A stretch of DNA of 62,597 nucleotides, counting the filler, from Choristocarpus tenellus KU-1152 (lineage: Eukaryota > Protista > Phaeophyceae): NCBI GenBank assembly GCA_964200185.2. It is 14 parts of 14 records of this genome, joined end to end, with 100 filler letters (N's around TTAATTAATTAA, not from the genome) between each part and the next. Parts side by side here need not be neighbours in the genome. Positions count along the whole stretch, not along the records: positions 48,708 to 52,765 come from CAXNAD020016435.1; positions 52,866 to 56,677 come from CAXNAD020017790.1; positions 56,778 to 59,386 come from CAXNAD020026303.1; positions 59,487 to 62,597 come from CAXNAD020022251.1; 10 more parts are not named here. One strand, given 5' to 3'. Below, piece after piece: positions 51,601-62,597 of this stretch. A program made the translations under genes and the position numbers. The notes under the pieces are model-generated. The model saw only the letters and a program-made list of their open reading frames with translations. It had not been told where the DNA came from and did no database searches. Positions within the stretch are counted from its first letter, which is position 1. Each line of letters begins with the position of its first letter.

Positions 51601-52219
51601 ATGCGCATTGGGGTAGGCAGCACCTGGCAGGAAAAAATACACTGAAAGTCTAAAGGACAGACCAAACACACACCAGCCCACATGCATACACACACACACA
51701 GTGGACACAAACGCTCCCCCCCAAAACACAGTATGCCTCAGCATCCAAATGGTACAATTCCTCTGCACTCACAGAGTCTTCTTCACCATACAAGAACATT
51801 GTTCCCCTACAGAGAATTGACCAAACCCTCTGTGCTATGTCAGAACTTCCCAGGGCCAAGGAGCGGGGAGGCATCACCAACCAGGCAATCTCTTGGACTC
51901 TACCAACTGGAGCACTTTCACCATCAAGTCAAGAAAATCAACGTAACAGCTAATTCAGCAGGAAAAGAAAGGCACGGGAGGTGCTTTTTTTCATCTCAAA
52001 TAGGTGTCAGTACTCCAGGTCAAATTCCCACAATGTATCCTAGGGCGCGACCCTGTTCCCTCTGCCCATGACCAATCCAAAGCAATGGCGACCCAGGCAT
52101 ATTGAGACAGTTGGCAGGAGTGGGTGTGCAGGGTGAAAGCATTCACTTCCACTTTAGTTACCCCCTTGCCCCCCCCCCCTGTGCTACTGCAGTTTCCACA
52201 TTCCTCAACACACTCACCA

Positions 52220-52695
52220 ATCCCTGCCCCCAGCATCCGCATCTGCTGCTGCTGCAACTGCCTCTAACCCCCTCCATTCCTCTCTTCTTATGCGCCGTTC
52301 TTCAAAACGCCTGCGAGCACGCTTTCCTGACACTTTTCGCCCCCCCCCTGCCTCTCTTCCTCCTGCAACTCCTGCCCCATCCCCATCCCCATCCCCAACA
52401 CCATCACCACCTGCACCAGCATCCAGTTCATCATCCTCCAAAAATAGTTCAATCTCCATATTTTCATCCTCATTCCGGTTATGGCCTTCACCATCTTGGG
52501 CATCTCTGGGCTGATCAACAAAGACATAGTCCCTTTCATCTTCTGCAACAGCGGCAGCATCTATAGGGGCACGGGGGGGTTCTACACCACCAGCAGGGAC
52601 TACATCAACAGCAGCAGGGGGGTCTACTGGGTTCTGATGAAGGATCTCTCGCTCAAATTGCTCAGCATTCATTGTGCCAAGGAGGGCTGTACAGC
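52220..52695 (-). CDS. Large acidic/Gly-rich exon of an unidentified gene
   Basis: cag acceptor at ~52696, >150 open codons, gtgagt donor near 52217. Confidence 0.55.
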
Positions 52696-53293
52696 CTGCA
52701 TTGAAGACACTGGGGTAGAGAGCATTGGGGTGGGGAGTAACAGATTGTGGTTTGGAAAGGGGAGGNNNNNNNNNNNNNNNNNNNNNNNNNNNNNNNNNNN
52801 NNNNNNNNNTTAATTAATTAANNNNNNNNNNNNNNNNNNNNNNNNNNNNNNNNNNNNNNNNNNNNGAAGACAGTAGTACAATATTTGATAGTGGTGAAGT
52901 AACTAATTAGTGGTTTCCACACAATGTTTTATAGTGTTCTTATGTTTAGGATATTTTATTTCTTTAGGGCTAATAACGACATGCAAGTTTTCATTGGTTT
53001 CCCCCCTGACACATCTGCAAAATGTCAGAGGGCATAATAATAAAAATATAATAGTATTTGGTAGCAGGAATAAAATACTAAATATATTCACCATACCATA
53101 CGACACCGTATCACACACCTATTCAAAAAGTGTGTTTGATTTATTTGTCTCTTCTTGGTTCCCTCTCTCCCCCTCTCTCCCTCCTTCCCCCTTTTGTTAC
53201 CTCTCAATCGACATCCACGGTACATTGTGCATGACTTCCTATCATCAATGGTCAGCAACTATTAACAATAACCACAATGGTGGTCAATCACAG

Positions 53294-54652
53294 AATGCCG
53301 TACCTACCACATGGACAAGGCCGCGTGCTGCTTCCTCAGCGTCGCATGGGGCTGGACCTGACAACCCTGGGGGTGGGATAGGTGGACTGAGCCATCATCG
53401 AAGGTGAAGCTCATGGCCCTCAATGACATATAGAGTGATCCCAAAGTTTGCTGTGCAACACATTGCAGTTCAAAATAAACCTTTGCATTAATGAAGGGTC
53501 TCTATGATAGTAGGTGGGTCTTTCACATCCTTGCATTTTGCGATATTTCAATGTCCTCCCTTAGTTTGTTAAGGGATGGAGTTTGCCAAGCAAACTTCCG
53601 TTATTGGGATGGATTTTCCTTCCAGAAGCAATCAACGTTCAATTTTTTGGTCGTGGCTGTCTGGTGCCTTGTCGATCTGGTTCTACCCACGAGGATGCCA
53701 AAACGGTCGACAACTCCAGAATCTCATACGATAATCAGGGCTTCGTTTGATAGTTCTCGCTGCCAGCCTGTGAACGCGTGTAGCACCGTAGAATTTGACG
53801 AAATGAATTTTAGCAGTATTGTTTCAAGAATTGTGAGAGATGATCGTATCTCTCCTCTCTTTTTGTCCCTGGTGAAACTTTGATCACGTTTCATGCCTGT
53901 GCAAGTGCTGCTTAGTCAGCCCCGAGATTGGGAGGCGCCCAACGCTACAATCCCGCAGCTTTGCAGCCTTCTAAGGGAAGAAAAAGCTCAGCAATCTTCT
54001 GCTAGATTGGACTCTCTGCGAGCAAGATCTTACGCGGTTGCTGTTCCAGTTGCTGAAGTTCATGCTGTTGGAGTCCAATTCCATTATCAGCATGACCTCC
54101 ATCGCCTCGTCCTGCTTTCCTAAACCCAGTCGTGAATCCGGGACTATTTGCAAGCTCTTCTCCCCCTTTGACACATTCCACTAGAAGAGTTCTGGCAACT
54201 ATTTGTTCCATGTACTGCCTTCATTCACAGAGTATATATTGCAACCTTGTCATGACAATAGTAGAAACTCCTTGCTGCAGTTGAGAACTTGTCGTTTATC
54301 ACACATATCTCATGCAATAGCTCTCAGTATTGTGAAACATGCTTTATTGGTGGAGAGGATACGCAAGGATAAAGTAGTTGGTCCCTACAATCTCTGATTC
54401 CTGCCTGTATCCTCGTAGGATCGTTCAATGAGCATTGTACAAATCACATAGCTCTAAACCAGACTCACTTGCCGCCTTCCTCACTACTCCATACCACCTT
54501 CCTTTCGCTTCCCTTCACCTGGAGTAGCTCCCACACAGGACGTCAGGTGGAAGCTGTGTTGTTGCAGGCGAGGACAGTGCTCAGTCAGGACCATGTGCTG
54601 CCTCAGCATGTGCCAAGCATGGTAGACAAGCTAGTGGATATTTTCATTGACA
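53294..54652 (+). CDS. Two candidate exons of an unidentified gene (..RQVEAVLLQARTVLSQDHVLPQHVPSMVDKLVDIFIDR|)
   Basis: Exon-like segments ~53294-53381 and 54539-54652 with canonical splice sites. Confidence 0.4.
53450..54440 (-). mobile_element. Decayed Ty3/gypsy gag-protease relic (intronic)
   Basis: EAMEVMLIMELD (gag PMELD-like), degenerate knuckle, then EALIIV*DSGVVDRF (aspartic protease DSG). Confidence 0.4.
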
Positions 54653-56777
54653 GGTACGAAGGAGCAGCACCTCCACCTCCCTCCACCCCAACCTCCTCAT
54701 TACTCTTCGTGACTCTTCTGTGTCTGAGGTTTTTGTTTTCTATTTCCAAGTATGTGCAGTTGTGGAAACCAAAGGAATATTTGTGATCATGTTCGTCTAT
54801 GCCATAGGTTTGCACACAATATTTTGTTACACATATGGTTACTCTTTTTGCCTCCATTTGGTGATGGTGGATCACAATATTGTATAACTGGGAAGGCTTT
54901 GCAATGATAAGCAAGGGAACAACTGAGGCGCCTTAGGCCATACTGACTCAGAATCTTACCTCAATGAAGCAAGTATCAACAGTAGAGCCGCCAGAGTGCA
55001 AGGATGTGACCATGCCTTCATCAGCACAAGTTCCACTACAAGTGTAGTTCAGCTCCCTGCAGTGTGGAAAGACGAATCCCAAAGAAATCAGCTACGTATA
55101 TTAGAGAAAGGGGGGGGAGGGTGCATCTGCTCGCAAAGACCCAGATACCCAAGCAGTCAAAAGAGCTTGACAATATTGAACGGGGAAGTGAGGATAAAAA
55201 ATTAAAACAAGTTAGAGGGAGAAAGACCCAAGCCAGGGGAAAATGAGAGAGAGAGGATGACCACCTCCACGTTGAACAACGTCATGAAGGATAACCTTGT
55301 GTGATGGTGGATGGAGACTTGTTACTGCAGTGGTATCCTGTTGAGGAGTTCAACTTCAGTACAACTAGTAAGGGCTTTGGTGCAGCAAATATTGTCACGC
55401 TTGTACATGGGACTTAGCTGCACCAACACCTCCAGTGCTCGGCCTACGTACAATCAATTGGCCAACCCCTTTCCTGATGAAGTGAGGATCCCTGTGAAGA
55501 GAGCTCAATCTTGAAGATCGTGAGCCAGGACTTGAAAGGTGAAGCAATCGGACATCACACTTGAAGGCAATACACACCAAAGGCGTTTCGAATAGTGTTC
55601 TCAAGCACGCTGCCAGTGCAAAACCCAAGGGCTACAGTTTCCATGAGGATAGTGTGTGCTGTATGGAGTGTGAACAAGAGGGGTGTCAGAGATTTCAGAC
55701 CGCACCAAAGATGGGGAAGATGAATTGCAGTGAGGTGTGCCCATGGTGGTAGGATGTTGCAATGCAGATGACCTTGGTAGAGCTGGGTGACGAGGGTTGT
55801 CACCCTGGAAGCAACTCCATACAGCAAATTAATTAGCGGTCAATTTACGAATATGTTACATGGATGTAGTGTTACACGAAGAGGTGATAGATAAGAAACT
55901 ATTAGCATTGATTGCTACATGAATGTGGTACTAACTGTAGTATACAGCATGGAGCTGTGCAGACTGCATTCAAATCAGATTTGCACAGGTCAGGGCTCAT
56001 CATGTTACACCTAGAGGACAAGCATTACCTGTGGCATTGAGTCTCACGTACCTGAGAGACATTAATTCTGTGTGTACCTGATATACCTTGCCCACAGCAT
56101 GGTACTCATCAATAGTTTAGATAGGGTATTGCAGAGCATTGAGTTCTGTATCATGCAAGTAGTGTATTTAAATGAGTGAGGAGGAGTTGTTCATGCTACC
56201 CACAATGCAGTATTTCTCGTGCTAGTTGGCTCATTTACTGCGTAAATAATACAAAATATTTGATATTGACTTGAGCGACTATAGCATGGTGGGTGACATA
56301 TGCACATTGAAGAACTGTGACAGTGGTGGAATAGATAATGGTGTGTTGCTTGGTTTGTAGCTTGGGTGTTGAAGAAACATGAATGAAATCCATGTATGTA
56401 TATCATTTGCACAGTACATGTGACAAGAGCTTCTGTAATGTATATGCTTCCTATATACTTCAGTATGGTCCTCACAAGATCCTACCAACATACGGTGGAT
56501 ATGCCTGAGAGATTGTTGTGACTAGTGTGCATTGTGAAGGTGGTAAAGATGCTGCAATGGTGGCCTGCCTATGCTTCTGAACAAGGTGGGGCCAGCAACA
56601 CCACGCCTGCATCTTAGCCACAAGTTCTTCTTCCCCCCCCCCCCCCCTCGACCCCACCGACCGTTCCCACATCCCGANNNNNNNNNNNNNNNNNNNNNNN
56701 NNNNNNNNNNNNNNNNNNNNNTTAATTAATTAANNNNNNNNNNNNNNNNNNNNNNNNNNNNNNNNNNNNNNNNNNNN

Positions 56778-58182
56778 TGAGTGAATTAGTGATTAGGGAT
56801 GAGTGAAAGGTTATATCACCCCCCCCCCCTCATGAATGGTGTATCTCATTCCAACTTTCTACCTCCTACAACATAACTGAGAAGGAATTAATCTACATAT
56901 TTCAACATCAAGACTTGGGATTCTACACGTTCTTTAACATGCTACCTAGCATACTATAAAGTGTGTTGATATCTCAAGAAAGGTAGAAGTAGAGGGGTCA
57001 GATAGAATCTCGATGGCGTTTGCTATCAGTAAACGTTAACTTGGAGGTTGAAGATGTTGGGGTGGAAGTACAGGACTTCTATGATGAGGAGGATCTAGCG
57101 ACGAGGGGGGTTGCAACTTCAAGACAGACTGCGGGAGTGGACTTGCAGCGCCTCATCCCACTTCCTTCAAAATTTGTGCTTTATACGATTCTTAACTTTT
57201 GCTGCAATGAGTGTTGGGTGGATGCATTGTTTACTCAAGACCACGTCAGGGTGGGCCTTGAAGGACGCAACACGCCAAGGTGGACACGGCAGGAAGTACG
57301 AGAAGCCAGCATGGCGTTGGCTGGGTTGGTTCTGAGAGTAGGTAGACTTGTACTCGACAGTATTATCGATAATCACGACAGCCCATCTGAAGATTTTCAG
57401 GCACTGAGACACCGTTTCGAAAGAGACGGTATGACGGAACCGAGCGATCTGGAGATCAAAGATACATGGATTGCGTCTACCAATTGGGGCGGATCCTGCT
57501 ATATTATTGAAGAGATGGAAAAGCTGGTAAGAAAGTTGCGGAGTCTTGGCGCCAAACCAGGCGAGGAAGAGCAGCTGACAGTCGTTCACAACTGTTTTGC
57601 TGAAGAGTATATGATCGAGATACGTCAGATTTCCGATGTGGGTCGGAACAGCTAGGTTGCAACTTCAGAAGAGGGTTTGCGAAACCTACAGGATGGACAA
57701 GAGGTGGTGGATGGTGGTATTGGGAACCACAATGGAGTGCTGATGTCCAGTGGAAATTCGACTTTCAATCATGGATCACATTCTACATCATCGGGTGGTC
57801 AACCTGGTGGAAAATGCTTAAAGTGGGGTGGACGGCTATTTCAAGTCTGTTTGCCAGTCTGTTTCTTCCCCACCTGTAACAGGCAAATTTTCCCGTACCT
57901 GCTACATTTGTAGCGGATCGGGACAAAAGCCAAAAAATGCCCTGGACATGCAGTGGCTCTGGCGGTAGTCAAACAAGTTGTAGATGGTGGTACAGCGACT
58001 ACACAGAGGAAGAGGCGTGGTCGAGGGAAGGCAAATGGTGGAAATAATGGACCACCGAAGATGCTTGGAGGTTTCTCGACGGTGAGGGATCAGAACGTTG
58101 AACAGTGGGATGATGTTTGATATTTTGATACCGGTTGTTCTGCCCGTGTGACCAACAATCCCATTGGTTTGATCGACCAACC
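56778..58182 (+). mobile_element. Decayed Ty1/copia element: gag (57020-57655), knuckle region, protease start
   Basis: FQALRHRFERDG..EEMEKLVRKLRSLG..EEY (copia gag-like); *YFDTGCSARVTN (copia protease W..DSGCS.HMT). Confidence 0.75.
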
Positions 58183-59311
58183 TGTCGAATAACCTAGTGT
58201 TATCCTTACGTTATCCATGCTGATCCAAGTAAACAACATAGCTTATATGTACGTTGATCTTTAGTTTTGTACAATACAAGGTAGTAACGTACACAGCGGT
58301 ATGTTATGGTGAGTTAGTGGGACATTAGTGGGACAATAGTATCAAGTGGACAATACCCTACAGACAATTAATAATTCAGTGTGTGATTTACCATGTAATT
58401 CAATTGCTATCTTCCGGCGACGAGCCTCACGTGCGCCAAACTTCTCAACACACTTAAGCGCTTAATCCAATCTCTGGTCAGGGGAGGCGCAGCCAGACAG
58501 GTTTGTTTTAAATTGGCATAGCACCACTCAAGGCTTCTGATGGGACCAACATCAAACTCCTCCAGCTCTCGGACGACATTTATGCGGACTGGTTCGCTAC
58601 AACGCGCGCATTTTGGGGGGCTAAGGGGGACATTGATGAGGCACTGGAGTATAGGAGGATACCCATCAGAGTAGGTGACATCGAATTAATTAAGGGCGAA
58701 GATGTCAGGGAAGATGAAGTCACCAAGGCCAAGAAGGCATATGATGTCCTGCTGAGGAGCACCAGCGGAATTTACCGGTGTATAGTCCGGAATGCTGACT
58801 AACCTTCAGGAGCCTGGAAACAACTACGTGAACACTTTCTTATTCAATCAGATGAGGAAATAGCCAGACTACAAAGGAAGGTCATGACAGTCAAGATCCC
58901 TAGGGGATCAGATCCCCAAATAACCTTCACTATGGTGCTGGACTGGGTTGGCCAGATGGCGATGATGGGGCATGTGATGTCCGAACAAGGTCTAGAAATC
59001 GCCATGCTGGATTGTTTGGATGAGGACTATCAAATTACCAAACGTTATCTGCAGCATCATAACAAGGCCAGCGTTCAAGACCTGCGTTACAGCAAGCTGC
59101 TCGTTCGCGCTACTTCTCACTCCAACGAGAGGTAGGAGATCGTGGAGAGTCCGGGAGTGCTCTAGCCACGAGGGGACCGTGAAAAAGGCTGGCCGAGGTG
59201 GCAGCCGGGGTACGACTGGTCATCGTATTGACCCTGGGATGACAGGATCCCGTTCCAGGGAGCTTACCAAGGCCCGAGAGACTTGTGATATGTATGGATT
59301 GGTGAAGTATT
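58183..59311 (+). mobile_element. Second Ty1/copia element nested in the first: 5' LTR 58183-58450 plus decayed gag
   Basis: TGTCG...CAACA LTR homologous to 11515-11789; gag YADW..KAYDVLL..IVRNAD*PSGAWKQLREHF..LDCLDEDY. Confidence 0.85.
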
Positions 59312-59584
59312 GGGCCAAAGCATCTTAGAGGGTAGAGCCGCATCCATTTGGGGGTCAAAATCCAATGTTGCGATTTTGATGTAATGNNNNNNNNNNNNNN
59401 NNNNNNNNNNNNNNNNNNNNNNNNNNNNNNTTAATTAATTAANNNNNNNNNNNNNNNNNNNNNNNNNNNNNNNNNNNNNNNNNNNNATACTTTGATCCCC
59501 TGCTCTGACAAAAAAAAACATAGGAAGCCAAACCCCAAATGGACAAACAGGGCAAAACTCGTACCCTCTAAGATACTTTCACTC
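59312..59584. mobile_element. MITE family A pieces (59312-59386; ~59510-59584) and a B-type end (59487-59498)
   Basis: Family TIR and internal sequences at both contig ends. Confidence 0.8.
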
Positions 59585-59601
59585 TAAATTCTCTTCAATA
59601 G

Positions 59602-61810
59602 GCTTCAGAGGGACAACCCTGCCGTTGAAAAGGTGATGCTGCGTCTCGCAAAAGAGTACCCAGGGGACCTGGGGATTTTCATGCCACTCGTCCTGAATTT
59701 CCTTCAGCTCAAGCCTGGGCAAGCATTCTTCATGGCTGTGGATGAGCCACATGCCTACTTACGAGGAGATGTGCTCGAGGTAAAAGGAGCAGGAATTCAG
59801 AGTATCGGAGTGATGGATGAAAAAGCAGGCTATTTTTTGTATAGTTAAAGTGGTTGGTGCTCTAGTAGCTCATCGTCATCATATATTGGGCTGTTCAATA
59901 CACTGAATTTCTAATATGGACCGTCTTCTTAGCCTAGAATACATCGGGCATTGTGCCTGCCAGCTGAGTACCACCATACTCGTCCTGTGACTCTGACACG
60001 TGAAACCACCACTACTACTTGTTATACTCACTATGTGTTACCCACTCACTTATGCACCAGCTTGTAGTTACTCTGCAGCAATTGTTCTTTAAATTACCCC
60101 AAAGCTAGAGTCATACACCTTGAGTTAGTATAGGGACAAGGCTCATGGTTGACAGTGTGGGAGACCAAACCTTTAGCTTGTCACGGAGTCAGGCCAGGCA
60201 GGGGGGAACTTCAATTAGAAGTAATGGGTACTAAATATACCAAGTGAGCAATATTTTTTTAATTGGGCGTATATAATTATTTTATCCTGCACAACAGCCC
60301 TCAGCTTCCCAATCCTGTAGCTATTATAAACGTTGACATCAGTCCCTAATAGGGATAGCAAACCCTTGGCAAAGCAGGTTTTTTACTCAGCAGTGAAGTC
60401 ACTGGGGAGCAGAATCCCTCCATGCTGTTTTTGAGACCCATAACCTGAAGGAGAAGTAATTAGTTACTCTTGGGTTCATCTTTCATTTTTCATAACAAGT
60501 GTGAATTGGCGAGCTATGGAACGTCTGCAATGACATCTGTCTCTCTTGGAAATACCACGTTCCCATTGTGAAGTTTCTCCAATTGCCCCCAAAACAGTGC
60601 ATGGCATGCTCGAATAACGTGGTTCGCGCTGCTTTGACACCAAAGTACCGTGATGTGGAACTCTTAGTGGAGATGCTTTCCTACAACATGGGGGCGCCAG
60701 CAGTTCTTCCACCCCATGAGGTGGATGAATACCGTAAGCGCTACACTCCTCCAATAGTGGATTTTGAGATCGAGGATGTCCTGGTGAGGAGACTTCAAGT
60801 AAAGGATAGATAGGCCACTGTGCCTACCCCCATCTTCCAATCAACTTTTTTGCAAGGATAACGGGTAGTGTTGTCCTGTCCTTGCTCTGGGGTGCTGAAG
60901 AGGACTAAAGCATACTCCTTATGCCCACTGTAGAAACGAAATTGTTGAGTAGTGGTGTGACAATAGAAATCGGATATTATGGTGTTTATTGGCTCTTTGT
61001 TGGTTAGATTATGTTCACATCTATCATGCATGAGATTAATCCACATAGTGGACGGGACAACACAACATATATCACACAGACGTTTCTCAGACACACTATG
61101 CTATCAAGCTGCACACTTTTTTTATACCTTGATTTTTTTTTCAATATTAGAGATAACTTTTCCAGGGTTGGAAATGTTTGGGGCATGTCACTGATAGGTG
61201 CCGGAGAATGAGGCTTACCGCATCGAGGGAATGCCCGTCCCCTGTATCATGCTAGCCCTCTCTGGTCTCAGTGGGGGGGTGATAATTGAAGAGGAGTCAG
61301 GCAAGGAGGTGAGATCTACGCCATGAGCAAATATTTTTTTGCTTCACTGGTTAAATGCATCCCTGAATTGGTCAAGCAACAACTCTACTGTCATCATGGC
61401 CGAAAAATGTTGTGCCAATATCAAGAGGTACATGATCTAGGGGGATATGGTAAGAAAAAGGAAAAATCTCACACTGAGTTGAAAGATGCAATTGTCCTTA
61501 ATCTCCCAAATCTCGTCAATCACACTATTTTTCTTGGCGTGGCTCTATAATATCCCTTCCAGTTTCTCCTTGAGCCTCTAATTCAGATTCCGGTCCCCAT
61601 CATCTCTTTTTTCCACCACCCTCCCCTCCTCCTCACTACAAGATCGAGGCCTCTGAGGGTGGGGCGTTCTTTGTGCCTGCCGACAAGAGTGTGCTGCTTG
61701 TGTCGGGCAAGCATTCACACCTCCGTGTGGCATTGGCTCACACCAACCTTAACTGGGGATCCCTGCATGTGACCATGTCCCCACGTGGCTACAAGGCACC
61801 CAACTTTTAG
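59602..61810 (+). CDS. MPI: Mannose-6-phosphate isomerase type I (PMI), 3' exons
   Basis: Exons 59602-59779, 60598-60783, 61198-61308, 61643-61810: YPGDLGIF..LNFLQLKPGQAFFM..EPHAYLRGDVLE|CMACSNNVVRAALTPKYRDVELLVEMLSY..YTPPIVDF. Confidence 0.93.
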
Positions 61811-62517
61811 TACGTAGAGCTTGTTCTGGGGAGCACAGACTGTCGAGTATCCAAATATTGTTTTGATAGCCTTATTTGCAAGGGCATAGGTATGTGTGAG
61901 GTTTTGGGGGGGAGCTAAAGTTGTACTCCACTAATGTACTTTACTTTGTTCTATGAGTGGGTGGTTCAGCGTTATAGTATTAAGCAAGGGTAGAAAGGGG
62001 GTAGAAAGGAGACCGACAGTCTTTTTCCAGATGGTAAATCGCCATGTGGACAGAGTGTGTGGTTGTTGTTTCAGTAGGCATTTGCTGTATGGTCATTCTA
62101 CCGCTTATAATATCCTTGGGACTGTTGTGTGGTTGTTATGTTAAGATTTGTGTGTAGTGGTGAGTATGGTTGTAATTCAAACTTCTCCTTCGAAGCAGTT
62201 TGTACTTCGATATATTGATATGTGTGAACAGGTGCGCGTTTATTTCTATTGTGTGAGGGTTAATTCTTGGATAGATTGACTCTTTCAGTTAGGAAATAAT
62301 ATATGGGAGATCTACATATATACACTAAATACTTGAATCCCGTTGTGGGTCTAAACTCTCGGCACTGACCACGAAAGTGATCATTCTTGTGGATGATGGA
62401 GTACCATGCCAAGGATTGTCGCACTCTTGACTCCACAATTCATGTGGTGTGAAATGCTATAAAAAGACTGTCATGTGATGGGCCAACACTCAGCACTTGC
62501 TCGAAGGAACAAGATCA

Positions 62518-62597
62518 GACCCAAAGTATCTGGGGGGGGGGGGGGGGTCTAAACCAGAGGGTCCATTTGGTAAAACCAGGAAAAGTGCACTTTCATT
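62518..62597. mobile_element. MITE family B, partial (window end)
   Basis: GACCCAAAGTATCTGGGG..GTCCATTTGG..AAAAGTGCACTT. Confidence 0.85.

Noticed and set aside
36536-61810. APX, TAF5, NLE1 and MPI as a gene cluster
   Set aside because: Each lies on a separate contig joined by artificial linkers.

Overview
This is eukaryotic genomic DNA with many GT-AG introns, most consistent with a photosynthetic stramenopile such as a brown alga or relative (inferred from gene content and style). It is not contiguous: 14 short contigs are joined by 13 identical 100-nt artificial linkers (44 N + TTAATTAATTAA + 44 N), so adjacency across gaps means nothing. Recognisable partial host genes are SARNP/Tho1/MOS11, a Dispatched-like sterol-sensing RND protein, plastid-type ascorbate peroxidase, TAF5, Notchless/Rsa4 and type I mannose-6-phosphate isomerase, plus several unidentified exon chains. 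Much of the rest is mobile DNA: about 25 whole or partial copies of related MITE families (several full copies with exact or near-exact 4-bp TSDs), Ty1/copia elements (one with a half-tRNA-iMet PBS, one nested), and decayed Gypsy, DIRS/Ngaro, MULE, Ulp1-like and LINE-like relics. Two observations stand out. (1) A compact, intronless, decayed cassette at ~17.5-19.9 kb whose reconstructed proteins resemble a divergent double-jelly-roll major capsid followed by a penton/minor capsid, i.e. a candidate endogenous PLV/Mriyavirus-like element. (2) A MITE family whose termini, combined with an AGGT target duplication, form an intron that would splice out precisely (introner-like architecture). Homology calls were made by eye from motifs; no searches were run.
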